Assembly: GCF_009914755.1 (NCBI RefSeq)
Contig: NC_060947.1
DNA: 64,000 nt
Origin: the human T2T-CHM13v2.0 reference genome, Homo sapiens
Reading direction: 5' to 3' (one strand)
The notes beneath the pieces were generated by a model, which was not told the origin of the DNA, made no database searches, and worked only from the letters and a program-made list of their open reading frames with translations. Below are positions 38,945 to 54,676 of this stretch, one piece after another. Made by a program: the position numbers and the translations under genes. Position 1 is the stretch's first letter. Every line of letters starts with the position of its first letter.

Positions 38945-39320
38945 CTGCCAAATCACCCTCCAAAAAAGATTGCACCAGTTTTCACGCTCACCAATAACAC
39001 ACACAAGTTATCTTTTCCCACATCTTTGCCAACAGCGGATGCTGGAAAGCTTTTTGATTTTGTGCCAGTTTGATGGCTTTTTTTTTTTTTTTTTTTTTTT
39101 AAAGAAAAGGATCCTCTCAATTTCATTGGCATTTTTCTGGTCACCCGTCAGTTGAGCATCTCTCATGTTTATTGCGCATTTGCATTTCTTTTTCTATGAC
39201 TTACCTGTTTATAGTCTCCCCTTCCCCATGTTTCTATTGAACTGTTTGCCTGTTTCTTGTTTATATATAATGGATATTCACTTTTTGTAGGATGTGTAGC
39301 AAATGTAGTCTCCTGAAGTA
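38945..39320 (-). mobile_element. Old L1 (L1M) fragment
   Basis: TGCCAAAT...CCTCCAAAAAGATTGCACC...GTTGAGCATC...TTTGCATTTCTTTTTCT. Confidence 0.6.
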
Positions 39321-39414
39321 TCTTTTGTTTATTCCTTTTGTTTATTCCTTTTGTTTATGGCAAATCTTGGGCAAGCAGCACAAATAAGTGAAGCAGGTGT
39401 GGAGGGCAACTGTC

Positions 39415-39946
39415 TAGGATTGGCAGCCCCTCCTGGGCTCCAGCCAACCACTGCTGGGTGGGAAGGTGGAAACCTGTGTGCCAAATCTTCTGATTTTTCA
39501 GGAGATGCCGTATATACGGGTTTTTACAGGAAAATTTCCAATTTTTTTTTTTTGAGATGGAGTCTCGCTCTGACAACCAGGCTGGATTGCAGTGGTGTGA
39601 TCTCGGCTCACTGCAACCTCTGCCTCCCGGTTCAAGCAATTCCCCTGCCTCAGTCTCCGGAGTAGCTGGGATTACCGGCACCCGCCATAACGCCTGGCTA
39701 ATTTTGTATTTTTAGTAGAGATGGGTTTTCACCATGTTGGCCAGGCTGGTCTCAAACTCCTGACCTCAGGCGATCTGCCTGTCTTGGCCTCCCAGAGTGC
39801 TGGGGTTACAGGCGTAAGCCGCCATGCCCAGCCAAAAATTCCAATTTAAAAACCCTGGCAACTCGTTCAAAAATTTGTAAGCACTATAAAAGACACCACC
39901 TGTTTGGGCTGGGTTGCATTTGCAGGACAGCAGTTTGCAACCTCTG
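39415..39946. mobile_element. MER103-like hAT element with an inserted Alu
   Basis: GCCAAATCTTCTGATTTTTCAGGAGA...TGGCAACT...CAGTTTGCAACCTCTG. Confidence 0.55.
39542..39833 (-). mobile_element. AluS
   Basis: TTCCAATT on both flanks. Confidence 0.93.
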
Positions 39947-39975
39947 GTTGATGATGTATTTTTGTTGCACAGGAG

Positions 39976-40113
39976 TTTTTTGTTTGTTTTGTTTTTTTAA
40001 AGAGTGTTCTTGCTATATTGTCCAGGCTGGTCTCGAACTCCTGGCCTCAAGTGATCCTCCCACCTCAGCCTCCCAATGTCTTGTGATTACAGGCATGAGT
40101 CACCACACTTGGT
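39976..40113 (-). mobile_element. FLAM
   Basis: Single reverse monomer. Confidence 0.8.
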
Positions 40114-40198
40114 TGCAAAGTTTTGTGTTGTCACATCTGTCCATCTTTTCCTTTATGACTTTGGAGCCCTGTGTTATTCTTTTTCTCTTTCTACCATT

Positions 40199-40502
40199 CT
40201 TTTTTTTTTTTTTTTTTTTTGAGATAGAGTCTTGCTCTTTTGCCCAGACTGTAGTGCAATGGCACAATCTTGGCTCACTGCAACCTCTGCCTCCCGGGTT
40301 CAAGCAATTCTCCTGCCTCAGCCTCCTGAGTAGCTGGGACTAGGAGTGCATGCCACCACGCCCGGCTAATTTTTTGTATTTTTAGTAGAGACGGGTTTCA
40401 CCATGTTGGTCAGACTGGTTTTGAACTCTTGACTTCAAGTAATCGGCCGGCCTTGGTCTCCCAAAGTGCTAGGATTACAGGCGTGAGCCACTACGCCTGG
40501 CC
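40199..40502 (-). mobile_element. AluS
   Basis: TTTCTACCATT on both flanks. Confidence 0.93.
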
Positions 40503-40737
40503 CTTTCTACCATTTTAGCATTAAAAAAAAAAACAAAACTCTTTAAATCCTTCTATTTTAAGGATACATACAGAAGCTTTCATGCTTTTTATTCATGTGT
40601 CCTTAATGAGAAATAAAAGAAAGTGCATACATTACTGGGCTTGGAGGGTAGGGCAAGTCCTGACCTTGGGGACTTGGGTGGCTAGGCCTTGGTATGGCTG
40701 AAACACCAGTATTAGAACTCTCATCAGCTCCCCATTT

Positions 40738-41712
<975 letters not shown>

Positions 41713-43177
41713 CCATTTTCTTATTTAAGGCCAAAGACCCCTGACATGGTGACATTTCAGGGGGAAATAATAAAGCTTCTCATTCCACGATGAAACCAGA
41801 GGCCCTGGGACACTTAAATTCATACTAAAGCGTAAATGACTTACCTCAAACTCTTTCTTGGGAGTACATGTGTGAGTTAGAGCAGGGAGAGAGCAACTGG
41901 GCACTGTAAGCCTGAAAGTGCAGGAGGGCAGAGGAGTTCAACTTGAGCCCCACTCCTCTGCCTGGGGGAACTTCCCCATTCCCAATTATGCGAGGCCCTC
42001 CCTGCAACACTTGGCTTCCACTCTGGATTGGTGCTGGCATAGCTCCAAGCAGAGTGGATGGGAAGCAAAACAAACACCCCCAACCATCTGGGGCTGTTTT
42101 ATGGCCTTTGGTGGCATCATCTGGGCATTTGTCACCCATCATAATGCACAGCTTGCTTTGGCCAAAGCAGCCCATCCTAGAAATTCCTCCAAGGGTTATT
42201 CGGCTGTGTAGAAGGTAGGATCTGATGAGGGGCAAGACAGGAGATCACTGGCTGGGGATGGGGCAGGGCTCATTCCTTTTTCTGGCACAGGATGAGAGAG
42301 GTACTGGGCTCACCCAAGAGAGTTGGTGCTGATGGGCATGCATTTATTCCTAATGATTATAATTGCATTTATTGAGCACCTAGTGTGTCCCAGAAGCTGT
42401 ACTAAGCACTGGATATGCACCACCTCAACTCCTTTAATCCACACCCAGCTTTCGAGGTAAGGCTGCTACTATATATGTGATAGGGCCCAGTGTAAACCAG
42501 GAAGCATGCATGAGCCTGGCCTCTCAATGCTAATTCCAGCCCAGGGCTTCCTGTCCTCCCCACCCCAGGCAGGCAGGAGTGGCCCTCCATTCCAGCAACC
42601 TCTCCAGCAGGGCCTTGCAGGGCCCTGGTCCCATCTCTCTAGTCCGGAGGAGGGTGGGAAGCAGCCCTAGTTGCTCACTGCGCAGGCTCCATCCTCGCCG
42701 GCCCCACCCCTTTTGCCTTCCTGGTTGCTGTTGCTCCCTGCCCATCTCTCCCCTTGTTGAGGACTAACGTGTCTTGAGCCACTCGCTGATAATCCAGGTG
42801 TGAACCAATAATGAAGGTGCTGGATGGGAAGGGTTTTAAGGTGTGACTTTTCCAAGCCTCTTGGATTTGTAAAAAGCAGCACAGACAATAACAGTTTATG
42901 TCCTGATTATGAAAGCAATTCATGGCCTTCATAGAGAAGTCAAGGATACAGAAAGATATAAAGAAGGAAAAACCACATCCTACCACTTGGAGGTAATTAT
43001 CGTTAATATTTTCAGGTGGTTCTTGCCAGTCATTTTCATATATTTATATATAAATATATAATTTTAAGCAAAATTGAGATCATTCTAGCAATATACTTTC
43101 GGATTAGCTCTTCCCACAAATTGCATCGTGTGCGAGCACTTCTGAAAGGGACTCCTTGAAGGTAAAAGTCTTTTGGG

Positions 43178-43474
43178 GGCCAGATGTGGTGGTTCACACC
43201 TGAATCTCAGCACTTCGGGAGGCTGAAGTGGGAGGAACCCTAAAGTCCAGAAGTTTGAGACCAGCCTCGGCGAGACACTGTCTCTACAAAATAAAAATAC
43301 AAAAAATTAGCTGGGCATAAAGGTGCATGCCTGTGGGCCCAGCTACTCGGAAAGCTGAAGTAGGAGGATCACTTAAGCTTAGGACTTCAAGGCTGCAGTG
43401 AGCTAAGATTGTACCACTGCTACATGCCTGCCTAGGCAAGAGAGAGAGACTCTGTCTCTCAAAAAAAAAAAAAA
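43178..43474 (+). mobile_element. AluJ
   Basis: Diverged dimer with A tail. Confidence 0.88.
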
Positions 43475-43802
43475 TTCTTCCTGAGTCAGATGGGTAGAAT
43501 CAAGGAAAGGAGAGGATGTGGAGGTTTGATCAGCTGGGGAACCCTCACCTCACCTTCACCCTGGACCTCTGCCTGGGGTGGAGAGTGGAGAGTGATGCCA
43601 TCAGCTTGGGATGAGGGTGAGGGTGAGGGGAGAACCCTCTGCCACCCTGTTCACTCACCAGTTCCAGGGAGGTGGGGAGCCTCCCTGTAACATTCACCTG
43701 CCTTTGAGGTAGGGACCTCTGGTCATGTCTCACCCCCACCCCATTGTAAGCCAGGCGCCCCCTCGCCCTGCGCAGTCATCCCCTCCCCCGCCCCGCCTCC
43801 TC

Positions 43803-43837
43803 TGTGTGTGTGTGTGTGTGTGTATGTGCGTGTGTGT
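43803..43837. repeat. (TG)n microsatellite
   Basis: Directly visible. Confidence 0.9.
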
Positions 43838-43886
43838 TGAGGGAGCTATGTCACACAGGGACAAATGGGCTGGCTTCTGGATCCTT

Positions 43887-43904
43887 GAGGCACTCTAGTG
43901 GCGG
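43887..43904 (-). promoter_or_regulatory. Candidate CTCF site
   Basis: Minus strand CCGCCACTAGAGTGCCTC, close to the CCACYAGRGGGC core. Confidence 0.4.
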
Positions 43905-44216
43905 GGGCAGGGCACCCTTGGCCAAGGCATTTCCTGTCTCTTGAGAAACAAGCTGCCTTTTGGCCGTGACCATAGAGCTACTGATCCCCATTAGCTGTTT
44001 TCCTAGAAGTGAAAATGGATTTGCTCTGAGTTCTGTCATCTCTTGTGACCCAGGGCTCACAGAGGCAGGGCCAAGAGCACAGGACTCAACACCCAATGGA
44101 GCCATGTTAATCTACTCTCAAGGGGACCTGGGCTTGATGCCAGCCGTGTGAGCATGCTCCCTGGCTCCTTCCTCTAACCACCTGACAATGACAAAGCTCT
44201 AGAAAGGTGTGACAGT

Positions 44217-44599
<383 letters not shown>

Positions 44600-44856
44600 T
44601 CACAGTTGTTAAAATCCAAGAGAACTGGGTTAGAGTCCCAGCTCTGACCCTGGCTGGGCCACCTTGGACAAGTTACTTAACACCTCTGAGTTCTGCTTTA
44701 AATGGCATACATTCCGCATCTCCCACAGTACCTGAAACACAGCAGGCACTCCATAAATGATCATTATTGTGTCTTAAATTTACTCCTAACTTTTGGCAGC
44801 AAATATTATCACCCCATTTTGTGGAGGGGGCCACAGAGGTTCAGAAAGGTTCACCA

Positions 44857-45335
44857 GTGTTTCAGTTCCTTTTTGCTGTGCAAAAACCACCCCAAATCTT
44901 AGTGGCTTAAAATGACAATTAATGATAATTTCTCATAATTCTGTAGATTAATTGGGTGGTTCTTGGGTTCCATATGGTGTCAGCTGGATCTCTCATGGGG
45001 ATACAATCAATTGGCAGCTAGATTGGGCTGGAAGGTCAAAGAAGGCCTCTCACATGACTAGGGCCTTGGTGCTGGCTGTTGGCTGGGTGGCCTGAGCTCT
45101 CTTCTTCACGACCTTTTCATCTGGCTGGCTTGGGCATCTTCAAGTATGGCAGCTGGGCTTCAGGAGGGAGTGTTCCAAGAGGACAAGCCTCAATATGTGA
45201 GCAATTATCCTTCCTCTGCTTTTCGTCATGCTCATTAATATTCCATTAGCCAAAGAAAGTCACATGGCCAAACTCAGAGTCAATACATGGGATGTGGGAG
45301 GTACGGCTCCTTGAGGGCTGCCTGTGTAACAGTCC
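44857..45335 (-). mobile_element. Old MLT1 (H-like) LTR inserted in a MIR
   Basis: AAACCACCCCAAATCTTAGTGGCTTAAAA...AGTCACATGGCCAAAC. Confidence 0.65.
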
Positions 45336-47724
45336 AGCCACAAAGGCTTGCCTCGGATGCCACAGCCATTGACTGGTATAGCTGGGATTTGAACCCAAGC
45401 CTGTCCGACTCCAGATCCACGCTCCTTCCTCAAGTATTGGTTGAGGCTGGCGTTTGTGGTTCCACTGCCTGAGCCTAGTGGTTAGGCGATTTTCCATCTT
45501 GTCTCCAGCCCACCCGTGTCCCTGGTACTCTCTGTGATGTTCTCATCGTACCTCTCCTGCTCCCAACAGAGGGGAGAGAAGCACCCTTCTTCTGCTGGGC
45601 TCCCCCTGCCCTTTACTCCTCCATGTTGACTGCAGAGAGCTACTCCTGCTTCCTCCAGAGTCCCAGCCAGGTCGGTGGTGGCCCCATCCCTTCTGACCCC
45701 TCCTGCAGCAGCAGCAGCCTGGCTCTGTGGGCCTCATGACCCACATGCCCTTCTGGGCCTCAGCTCAATTTTCAAGGGTACTTTTATTGGGAAAGCGAGG
45801 GATCACGAGAACAAAGGCAACATCCTTGAGATAAGCCCAAGTTTACAGCACGCTGTCGTCATCCCAGTGGACTTCCGGTCTGCCTACCAGCTGGGCCGTC
45901 CCCTGAGATGGGCCCCCTCCCCTGACCCCTGTCTACACTCAGCCAGAAGCTGATTTGAGCTGGTCCCACAGTGCTGCCTGTGGGAACCCAAGCCCTTCCT
46001 GCTCCTATCTGCCTCTGGCTGGATGACGCCCCGGGCAATTCCGCCCACTGTTTTGACCCCAGGCCCCAAACCTAGGTGAGGAACGCCCTCCTCACAGTCC
46101 TTCCCTGCTTCCAGTTCAGTGTTGACAGTGAGCAGTGCTCGCTTTGCTATGGCTAGGCCCTCACTCTCCTCTCTTTTCAAGGCCCCAAGAGAGTAAGCCA
46201 TTTATTCACACCCTATCTTGACAGCAAAGCCGGGGCCTTGAACCTGGGGCACTGCTTTCAGCCATTATTCTTGCAGAGGCCCCAGAGCTCCCAGCCTGCA
46301 TTTTTGGAGTCTGAGCAGGGCCCACAGCTGTTTTGCTTCAGCTAGGAGTGAAGGCTGACAAAGAGCAAGGTCTCTGGAGAAGGAGGAAATGTTTTCTGGA
46401 TGCCAAACTGGTGACTGTGGGGAGGTGTGGGGCAGCGGGGAGGGAGGAGCTCTCACTTGTGCCTAGGGAAAGGTCATGGTCAATGAGAAAGCCTTTGATG
46501 GGGAGAGTCTGAGATGGGACCCAGGAACATCACCATGAAGCTGTCCAGGATGGATGTGGGACCCTCTGTCAGACCAGGCCAGTTCTCTTAATGTAAGATC
46601 AGCAGGCCAAGGTCCTGGGATATGGGAGCTCCCAGGAAGTGGACTGGGATGCCTGAGGGATCCAAGAATTAGCAGTGTCCTGTGTGGTCTCGCTGAGGGA
46701 AGCCAGGCAAAATCTAGCGGCTCAGCTGTAACAGCCGGAGCTCTTGGCTCCCAAGCAACAGGAAACAATTCTGGCTTATTTAAGCAGAAAAGGACTTTAT
46801 CAAAAGGATCTTGGGGAACTCACAAAATAACCAAGAGGGCTGAAGAATACAGTTGGTGAGTCGACCAAGGAGGCTGCACAGCAGTCAGGACCACAGCCAA
46901 AGTCAGGCAATCCAGGGATGACCTCGCTGCCAAATCCAGGACTCCCTGGCATACACTGCCACCTTGGGACGTGGATATGGTCCCTGTCGCCCCAGGAACT
47001 GGAATGCCATTGACTTGGCGACTGCCACCATCCACCAGAATGGACTTCTGTGCTCCTTGCATCTCTGTATTATTAGTTCCCAACTCCAAGCCTTTGATGG
47101 GGGCATCTGATGGATTGAGCCTAAGGTAAGAGCCTATACCAACTGCAATGGCGGCTGGGAAAGTGCCCCTATCTGGGATTTTTAGCTTTTCTGGTGGGAG
47201 GCAACTAGGAAGATGAAGGATTCTCCAAACGTGGGAGGAGAGGCTGGAGGCTAGATACCTCACCTAGAAAAATGCAGGGCAGCTGAGTGTTGAAGAAACA
47301 TGTCTCCAGAGACAGCCTGCGTGTGTATTCCCCCTCCTCCAGATGTCGATGTCGGGGGGCAGGGAGGTGAGGTCAGGAAGTATACGTGGAGTTAGGAACC
47401 CTGGGTTCGATTATGAGTCTCCTCTGTCTGTCAACCTGAGATAAGCTATTCACAACCCCGGGGCCTCAGTTGTGCCTCAGTGCCCACTGTCCAGCCTTTG
47501 AGCATGCAGAAGGTGTGTGCTAGCTTCTGCTGTCGTGTGGGCCCTCTGGCCGAAAGATGCCCCAAGACTGCCAAAGCCCCAAATGGAATGGGGCTGTTTG
47601 CTCAATATAATGATTGAAAGTATGGGTTTTGGAGTCAGGGAGATTGGGGTTTACCAGCCATGTGCCCTTGGATGTGTTCTTTAACCTCTCTGAACCTTAG
47701 TTTCCTTATCTGCAAAATGTAGGC

Positions 47725-47899
47725 ATGGTGGCAGGCACACAGCCTCCCTTCCAACCTCGTCCTATGGTGCCCCCATGGTCTGCAGAGACTGGAAGGCTAA
47801 AAACTGGATTTCCCAGACACCTTTGCAGCTGGGACTGTGGATGAGAATTCAGTTTCACCAGTTAGATGCAATCGTGTGAAGTCTGGCTGTACCTGCTAG

Positions 47900-47947
<48 letters not shown>

Positions 47948-48285
47948 CAACATTCTAGTGTTTGCTCAGTTACCGGCTTTGTGGGTGTTGAGAGGGGTTG
48001 TGGTGGCAGTGGCTTCCTGATCCTTGGATCGCAGCTATGGTAGTGCACTCTGGAAATCTACATTTCTAGAGGCAGGCTCCCTCACGCCTCACCTTCCTGA
48101 TGGTGGCAGAGATGGCAGTAGTCTTGGCAGACCAGTTCAGTGGTGTTGTTTTGGGAGTCCAGAGACTGCTCCTCCTGCACCCTTCCAATAATTTTGTCAG
48201 CACCTAATTTCCTGTGTTAAATCTCTTCTTGCTTAAAATAGCTGGAGAGGTTCTCTCTTCCCTGCAATTGAACTCCAACTGCTGT
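47725..48285 (+). mobile_element. LTR33-like ERVL LTR with internal (TG)n
   Basis: GAAGGCTAAAAACT..ATTTCCCAGAC.CCTTTGCAGCT...CCTTCCAATAA...CTGCTTAAAATAGC. Confidence 0.6.
47902..47944. repeat. (TG)~21 microsatellite
   Basis: Directly visible. Confidence 0.95.
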
Positions 48286-48319
48286 CAGGGTAACCCCCAT
48301 TTGCTCATTGATGGAATGA

Positions 48320-48702
<383 letters not shown>

Positions 48703-48857
48703 CTAAATGTGATAGAAACCCTGTGACAAGCCACCCTAATTTGTACAAGCTCTCAGCCAGTTGTTTTACATACAGTTGTTGGGGCAGGAAACAACCTGAA
48801 AGAATTCAGATTGAGTGGGTCGCCTGCTTTCAAAGGCTCATCAGGTCCTTGTACTTA

Positions 48858-49642
<785 letters not shown>

Positions 49643-50519
49643 GCACGTTGTTTAATTCCTGACTCCTCCCCCAGTTAATCTCCACTTGATATTTACAAAA
49701 CCTTCCCTTCCCCTCCCATGAAGAACAGGCTGACAAAGGATCTTGCTTTCTGTGGTGAAGAATGTTCTCATGGCCATGGCATTGGCCGCCTGAGTTAAGA
49801 GTTTCGAGAGAAAACAACTGAGAGGATGTAAATTGTACAGGGACAGGTTGCTTGGGGAGAAGTTCAAAAGACAAGGCTGGGCTTGGAGGACTGGGCCACC
49901 CGTGCAGAAGGGCGCTGGGTGCCGTGAAAGGAGAGGAACAGAACTGGAGAAAGGGTGTGAAAGTAAAGGGGGGATCTTGGAAAGCCCCCCCCACCCTGTT
50001 CAGTGGACAGAATGCTTCTCTCCCCTCATAGATCCAACTCCCTCATCTTCCCATCTCACCCTCTTGCTGTCATTCGATTTTCTGCCACAAAATGGGGACC
50101 CTCTGTGGAGTGAGGAACCAGGCAGGTGGCCCAGGGGGCCGCCAAGCTGGGTGGAAGCTGGTCTGGGGTTGGCTGCCAGAACAATCCAGGCTCCACTCCA
50201 GCCCATCAGGGGGCTTGAGGCTGGGTGGGTGAGATAAACTGTTTCAGTGGTTTTCAGGAGCCCTAATCAATTGCGAGGCAGAGCAAAGCCCTCTGCGGAC
50301 AGATAAAGCCAGTCCTGCGTCGGTGCCCAGTTGGAGTTTGTGTGGTTTGAACTTTTGTGTGGTTTGGACAAGTTCGCCGGGTTTTGCTGGGGCGGTTTAT
50401 TCTGTTTCCAAACTGCAGTAGAGGGAGGCAAACGGCCCTTGGACCCTACAAGCCACTCCTGAAATACGATAGGTGGCCTGTCCTCTCTCCCGCATGGTCC
50501 CAAAGGCTCAGGGAAGAGA

Positions 50520-51390
50520 GGCAGGGCAGGTCCGGGCCATACCCCGCCCTCCTGGTTCCCGCCGGTGGCTCCGGGTGTAGACATTTCTAGAAACGCTCCC
50601 CTGCCCAAGGCTGGCTAGACCTTCGCGTTGGGGAGCTGAGCTGCTGCAGGTTTGATTGTCTTCCCCTGCTTCCAAACTAGAAAGACGAATGCCCACTTTC
50701 GGATTCCATCTTCTGCCGCGGACGCATCCGGGACGCGCAGCCGCCCGGCGCAGAGGAAGCCCGGGACGCTGGGGACACCGCCTGGAGCCTCCGCGCATAG
50801 CACCGGGGCGTTTTTTCCTTCCAGCTGGAGGCTTCCCATTTAACCTCTAAGGTGCCAGAAGATCCGGATCCCTCGCGGGCAGGCCTTTGGCTGGCTCCGG
50901 GCTAGGCTGGGACCCCAGATCCCAGTGCCGCTGGCGAGCACTCGGCGTGCAGATGTCTGGGGGGCTGTGCGCGGGAGAGGAAGTCTGCCCAACGAGGTGG
51001 ACGGACACTGGGCCCGCGGGGACCCATCTGACAACGCCCGGTCCCCAGGGAAGCCTGTGCGAGCCTGCGGGGGACCAGGGCAAAATAGAATCAGGAACAT
51101 GTGTTGTTTGGGAGGGAAGCTGGGGCGCATGGCATGTCTCAATAGTGCTGGCACCCTCCAGGGACCTTCCTGCTTCCACAGAAGGTGGGGACGGGGAGGC
51201 GAGCATGGAGAGAGAGAAAGGGAAGTGGGAAGAAATTGGTCACGGAGGAAGCTATTTTTATGCTTTGCTACAGCTGCGTGCGTTTCTCTGACCAACTAGG
51301 CAGCGAAAATTAGACCGGCTCCGGCTGAAAACAGGCCCTAAACTTCACGGGGGTTGGGGGTAGTGGGACACGCGCAGGAAAGGGAAGGAG
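50520..51390. promoter_or_regulatory. CpG island (candidate promoter/enhancer)
   Basis: About 40+ CpGs in 50521-51070 by manual count; GC-rich, non-repetitive. Confidence 0.75.
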
Positions 51391-51764
51391 AGGGGGAAAT
51401 CCCCATGGATCTGGCAAACCCCAGTGTCCCGGAAGCTGTCAATGCGCAGAGAACAAGCTCCCCTGCCCTCCCCGACTCCAGATGCCTCAACCTTCACCTT
51501 GGATGTCAGAGGCATCCTTTCCCCTCTGTGTGACATCTTGGGCATGACACAGCCAAGACTGAGGGTTAGTTCATCAGTGTCTTCTGCTTTTAGGCCTCAG
51601 AGGACTTATCCTTTTTGGCAGGGGACCAGACCTCCTGGGTGGCCTCCATCACCACTAAGTCACTTGGGCACCTGGAGAAATGGCAAAGGTCCCAAACAGG
51701 AAACCAAGATTGGGAAGTGAGGGCCCTAGAATTAGAATCTTTTGGGGTCTATGATTGTCTAGGT

Positions 51765-52745
51765 CAGCAGTTCCCAAAGTGTGGTCTGAGGATCCCTGTG
51801 GTTCCCTGAGCCCTTTTCAGACTGTCCTTTTCTAACTGCAAAGCTCCATTAGGCTGGATTTTCTTCAACCAAAACAATGTATCACAACGCATTGGATGCC
51901 CAAGCCCCTATGAGGAAGCAGCTGTTTTCAATTAAGCCAGATATTAAAGAGGTTTGCAAAAATGTAAAAACGATGCCACTTTTCTCCCTAAACTTTTTTG
52001 TTTGTTTTGGAAAATACGGTTATTTTTTAATAAAATTGTGCTATCGATGTTACCATGCATTTTATCCATTGCTGTGTAACAAGTTACCCCCAAAACTTAG
52101 TGGCTGAAAACAACAGACATTTATTATCTCACACAGTTTCTGTGGGTCAGGAATCTGGGAGCAGCTTAGCTGGGTGGTTCTGGCTCAGGGTCTCTTAGGA
52201 GACTAATCAGGGTGTGTTCCAGGGGTAGGAGCATCTCAAAGCTCAGCCGGGGAAAGATCCACCTCCAGACTCACTCATGTGGCTGCTGGCAGGCCTGGGT
52301 TTCTTGCCACGAGGCCCTCTCCACAGGGCTGCCTCGTGACAAGGCAGCTGGCTCCTCCTAGAGAGAGAAAAGAGGGCACCCAAGACAGAAGGCACAGTCT
52401 TTTTGTAATCCAATTTTGGAAGCCACATCCCTATAGGACAATAGATCTATTAGGAGTGAGTCTGTAAGTCCAGCTAGCGTTCAAGGGGAGGGAATTACTC
52501 AAGGGTGTGGGTGACAGAAGGTGGGAATTACTGGGCACCATCTTAGAGGCTGCCCACCACACATGTAATATATTCATAATTGTTATTTTTAGATCAATTA
52601 ATATATAAATATTAAAAATGTTCCTTTTTTCATTTTTAATGTGGGAAATACTGACAAGACCAATATAACCAAAAGCATTTTGGAGTCCTCAATAATAAAT
52701 AAAAAAGTCAAGGAGTCCCAAGACCTAAAGGTTTGAGAACTGCTG
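51765..52745 (+). mobile_element. Charlie1-derived hAT element, internally deleted, split by an MLT1
   Basis: Ends CAGCAGTTCCCAAA / TTTGAGAACTGCTG; perfect 8-bp TSD GTCTAGGT; ATTAAGCCAGATATTAAAGAG. Confidence 0.8.
52048..52560 (-). mobile_element. MLT1F-like LTR
   Basis: CCATTGCTGTGTAACAAGTTACCCCAAAACTTAGTGGC...CCATCTTAGAGGCTGCC. Confidence 0.8.
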
Positions 52746-52796
52746 GTCTAGGTTTGTGGTATTTACAGGAGAAGTACCTTGGTACTATGTGGGGGC

Positions 52797-52900
52797 CAAT
52801 CCATCCACCCACCCATCCACCCATCCACCCATCCACCCATCCGTTCATCCATCCATCCATCCCTCCATCCTTGCATCCATCTCAGCTATCCACCCATACA
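52797..52900. repeat. Degenerate (CCAT/CCAC)n repeat
   Basis: Directly visible; probably an expanded L2 tail. Confidence 0.85.
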
Positions 52901-53279
52901 TGCAATCAAAATATTCCAACTACTGGGCTAGGGCTGGTGCTTTAACAGTAAATAAGACCGCCAGTGATTGTCCTATGGAGCTATAACATGTTAACAGATG
53001 ACACAATTAACAAATAAATAAGATAAATTTTAAAACAGTAACTTCAAGTTGTGATAAGTTGGGCCCCCAAAGCCTAGACCCTAGAGAAGCAGGTACTCTT
53101 GAATTGACACCATTTTGGGGGGCATCATAATAGGTGGCCCACACTGGGGGTGAGGTGGGCCCAGACTGCACGGTCCAGGGAGAAGGGAGTATGTCCCAGC
53201 TGTGGCCAGATAAGTGTAAAGCCCTAGTGAGCCAGAATAATCTGGTATCTCCCAGGTTCTTCATGCCTAGTTAATTTTT

Positions 53280-53388
53280 GGCCCCCCACCCACAATGAGT
53301 TTTTCATAAAAGTCCAGCTTCCTTTAAGTCTCTGGGCCCCCCACCCACAATGAGTTTTTCATAAAAGTCCAGCTTCCTTTAAGTCTCT
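53280..53388. repeat. Perfect tandem duplication, period 55 bp
   Basis: GGCCCCCCACCCACAATGAGTTTTTCATAAAAGTCCAGCTTCCTTTAAGTCTCT at 53280 and 53335. Confidence 0.95.
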
Positions 53389-53509
53389 AGTCTTCCTTTA
53401 AGCCTGGGGGGAAATCATCCAGGTTTGTCCTGGAAGCCAGGGTACTGGTGACTGTGAGACTTAGGGTGAGAGGCTCTCAAATGGAAGATGCAACCCATAT
53501 GGGCAGAAT

Positions 53510-54135
<626 letters not shown>

Positions 54136-54676
54136 TCAAACCCTTGCCTAGGCCAGCCCTGCTCTGAGCATCAGCTGAAAGACTTTGAGCATTTTTAAAG
54201 AGGAAATGTGCCCCCTCCCGCTCCCCTCAACTCGTGGTTTCACAGTGTAAATTGTGCTTCAGAAGGCAGGGCTCACCCCCTCAGGGGACACAGCAGCTTT
54301 AATCTGTTACACCTGCTTTTAGTGACCAGGTCCCAGGGCACAGCAGGCTCCAGAAAGACCAGGCCAGGCCTCTTTGGAATGACAGGGGGCAGAGGTGCTT
54401 TTTTCTAGGGTGGGTGGGTCTTTGCGGACCAGGCACAATTCTGCTTCCAGAGCAGTCTTCACCATAATGGTCCATTGGTGGCTTCAGCCTCAGGTTTGAA
54501 GGTGGGCTACATCACAGCAAAATGCTAAAACCTGGTGAATATTTGTATGCAAGTTCAAGCCCTATTTGGCTCTTGACCCCTTTTAAGAGAGAACGGGGTG
54601 TTGCCATTGGTTTCAGGTCTCATCTGTGGATTAAATTTGTGAGCTAATAATAACCAGTTCAACTGCCCCTGATATC

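Noticed and set aside
39322-39358. 13-bp unit CTTTTGTTTATTC repeated about 2.8 times
   Set aside because: Ordinary short slippage repeat.
43038-43059. 22-bp AT-only palindrome
   Set aside because: Expected from low-complexity (TA)n sequence.
50840-51299. Overlapping 119-151 aa ORFs on both strands
   Set aside because: High GC content suppresses stop codons; no homology recognised.
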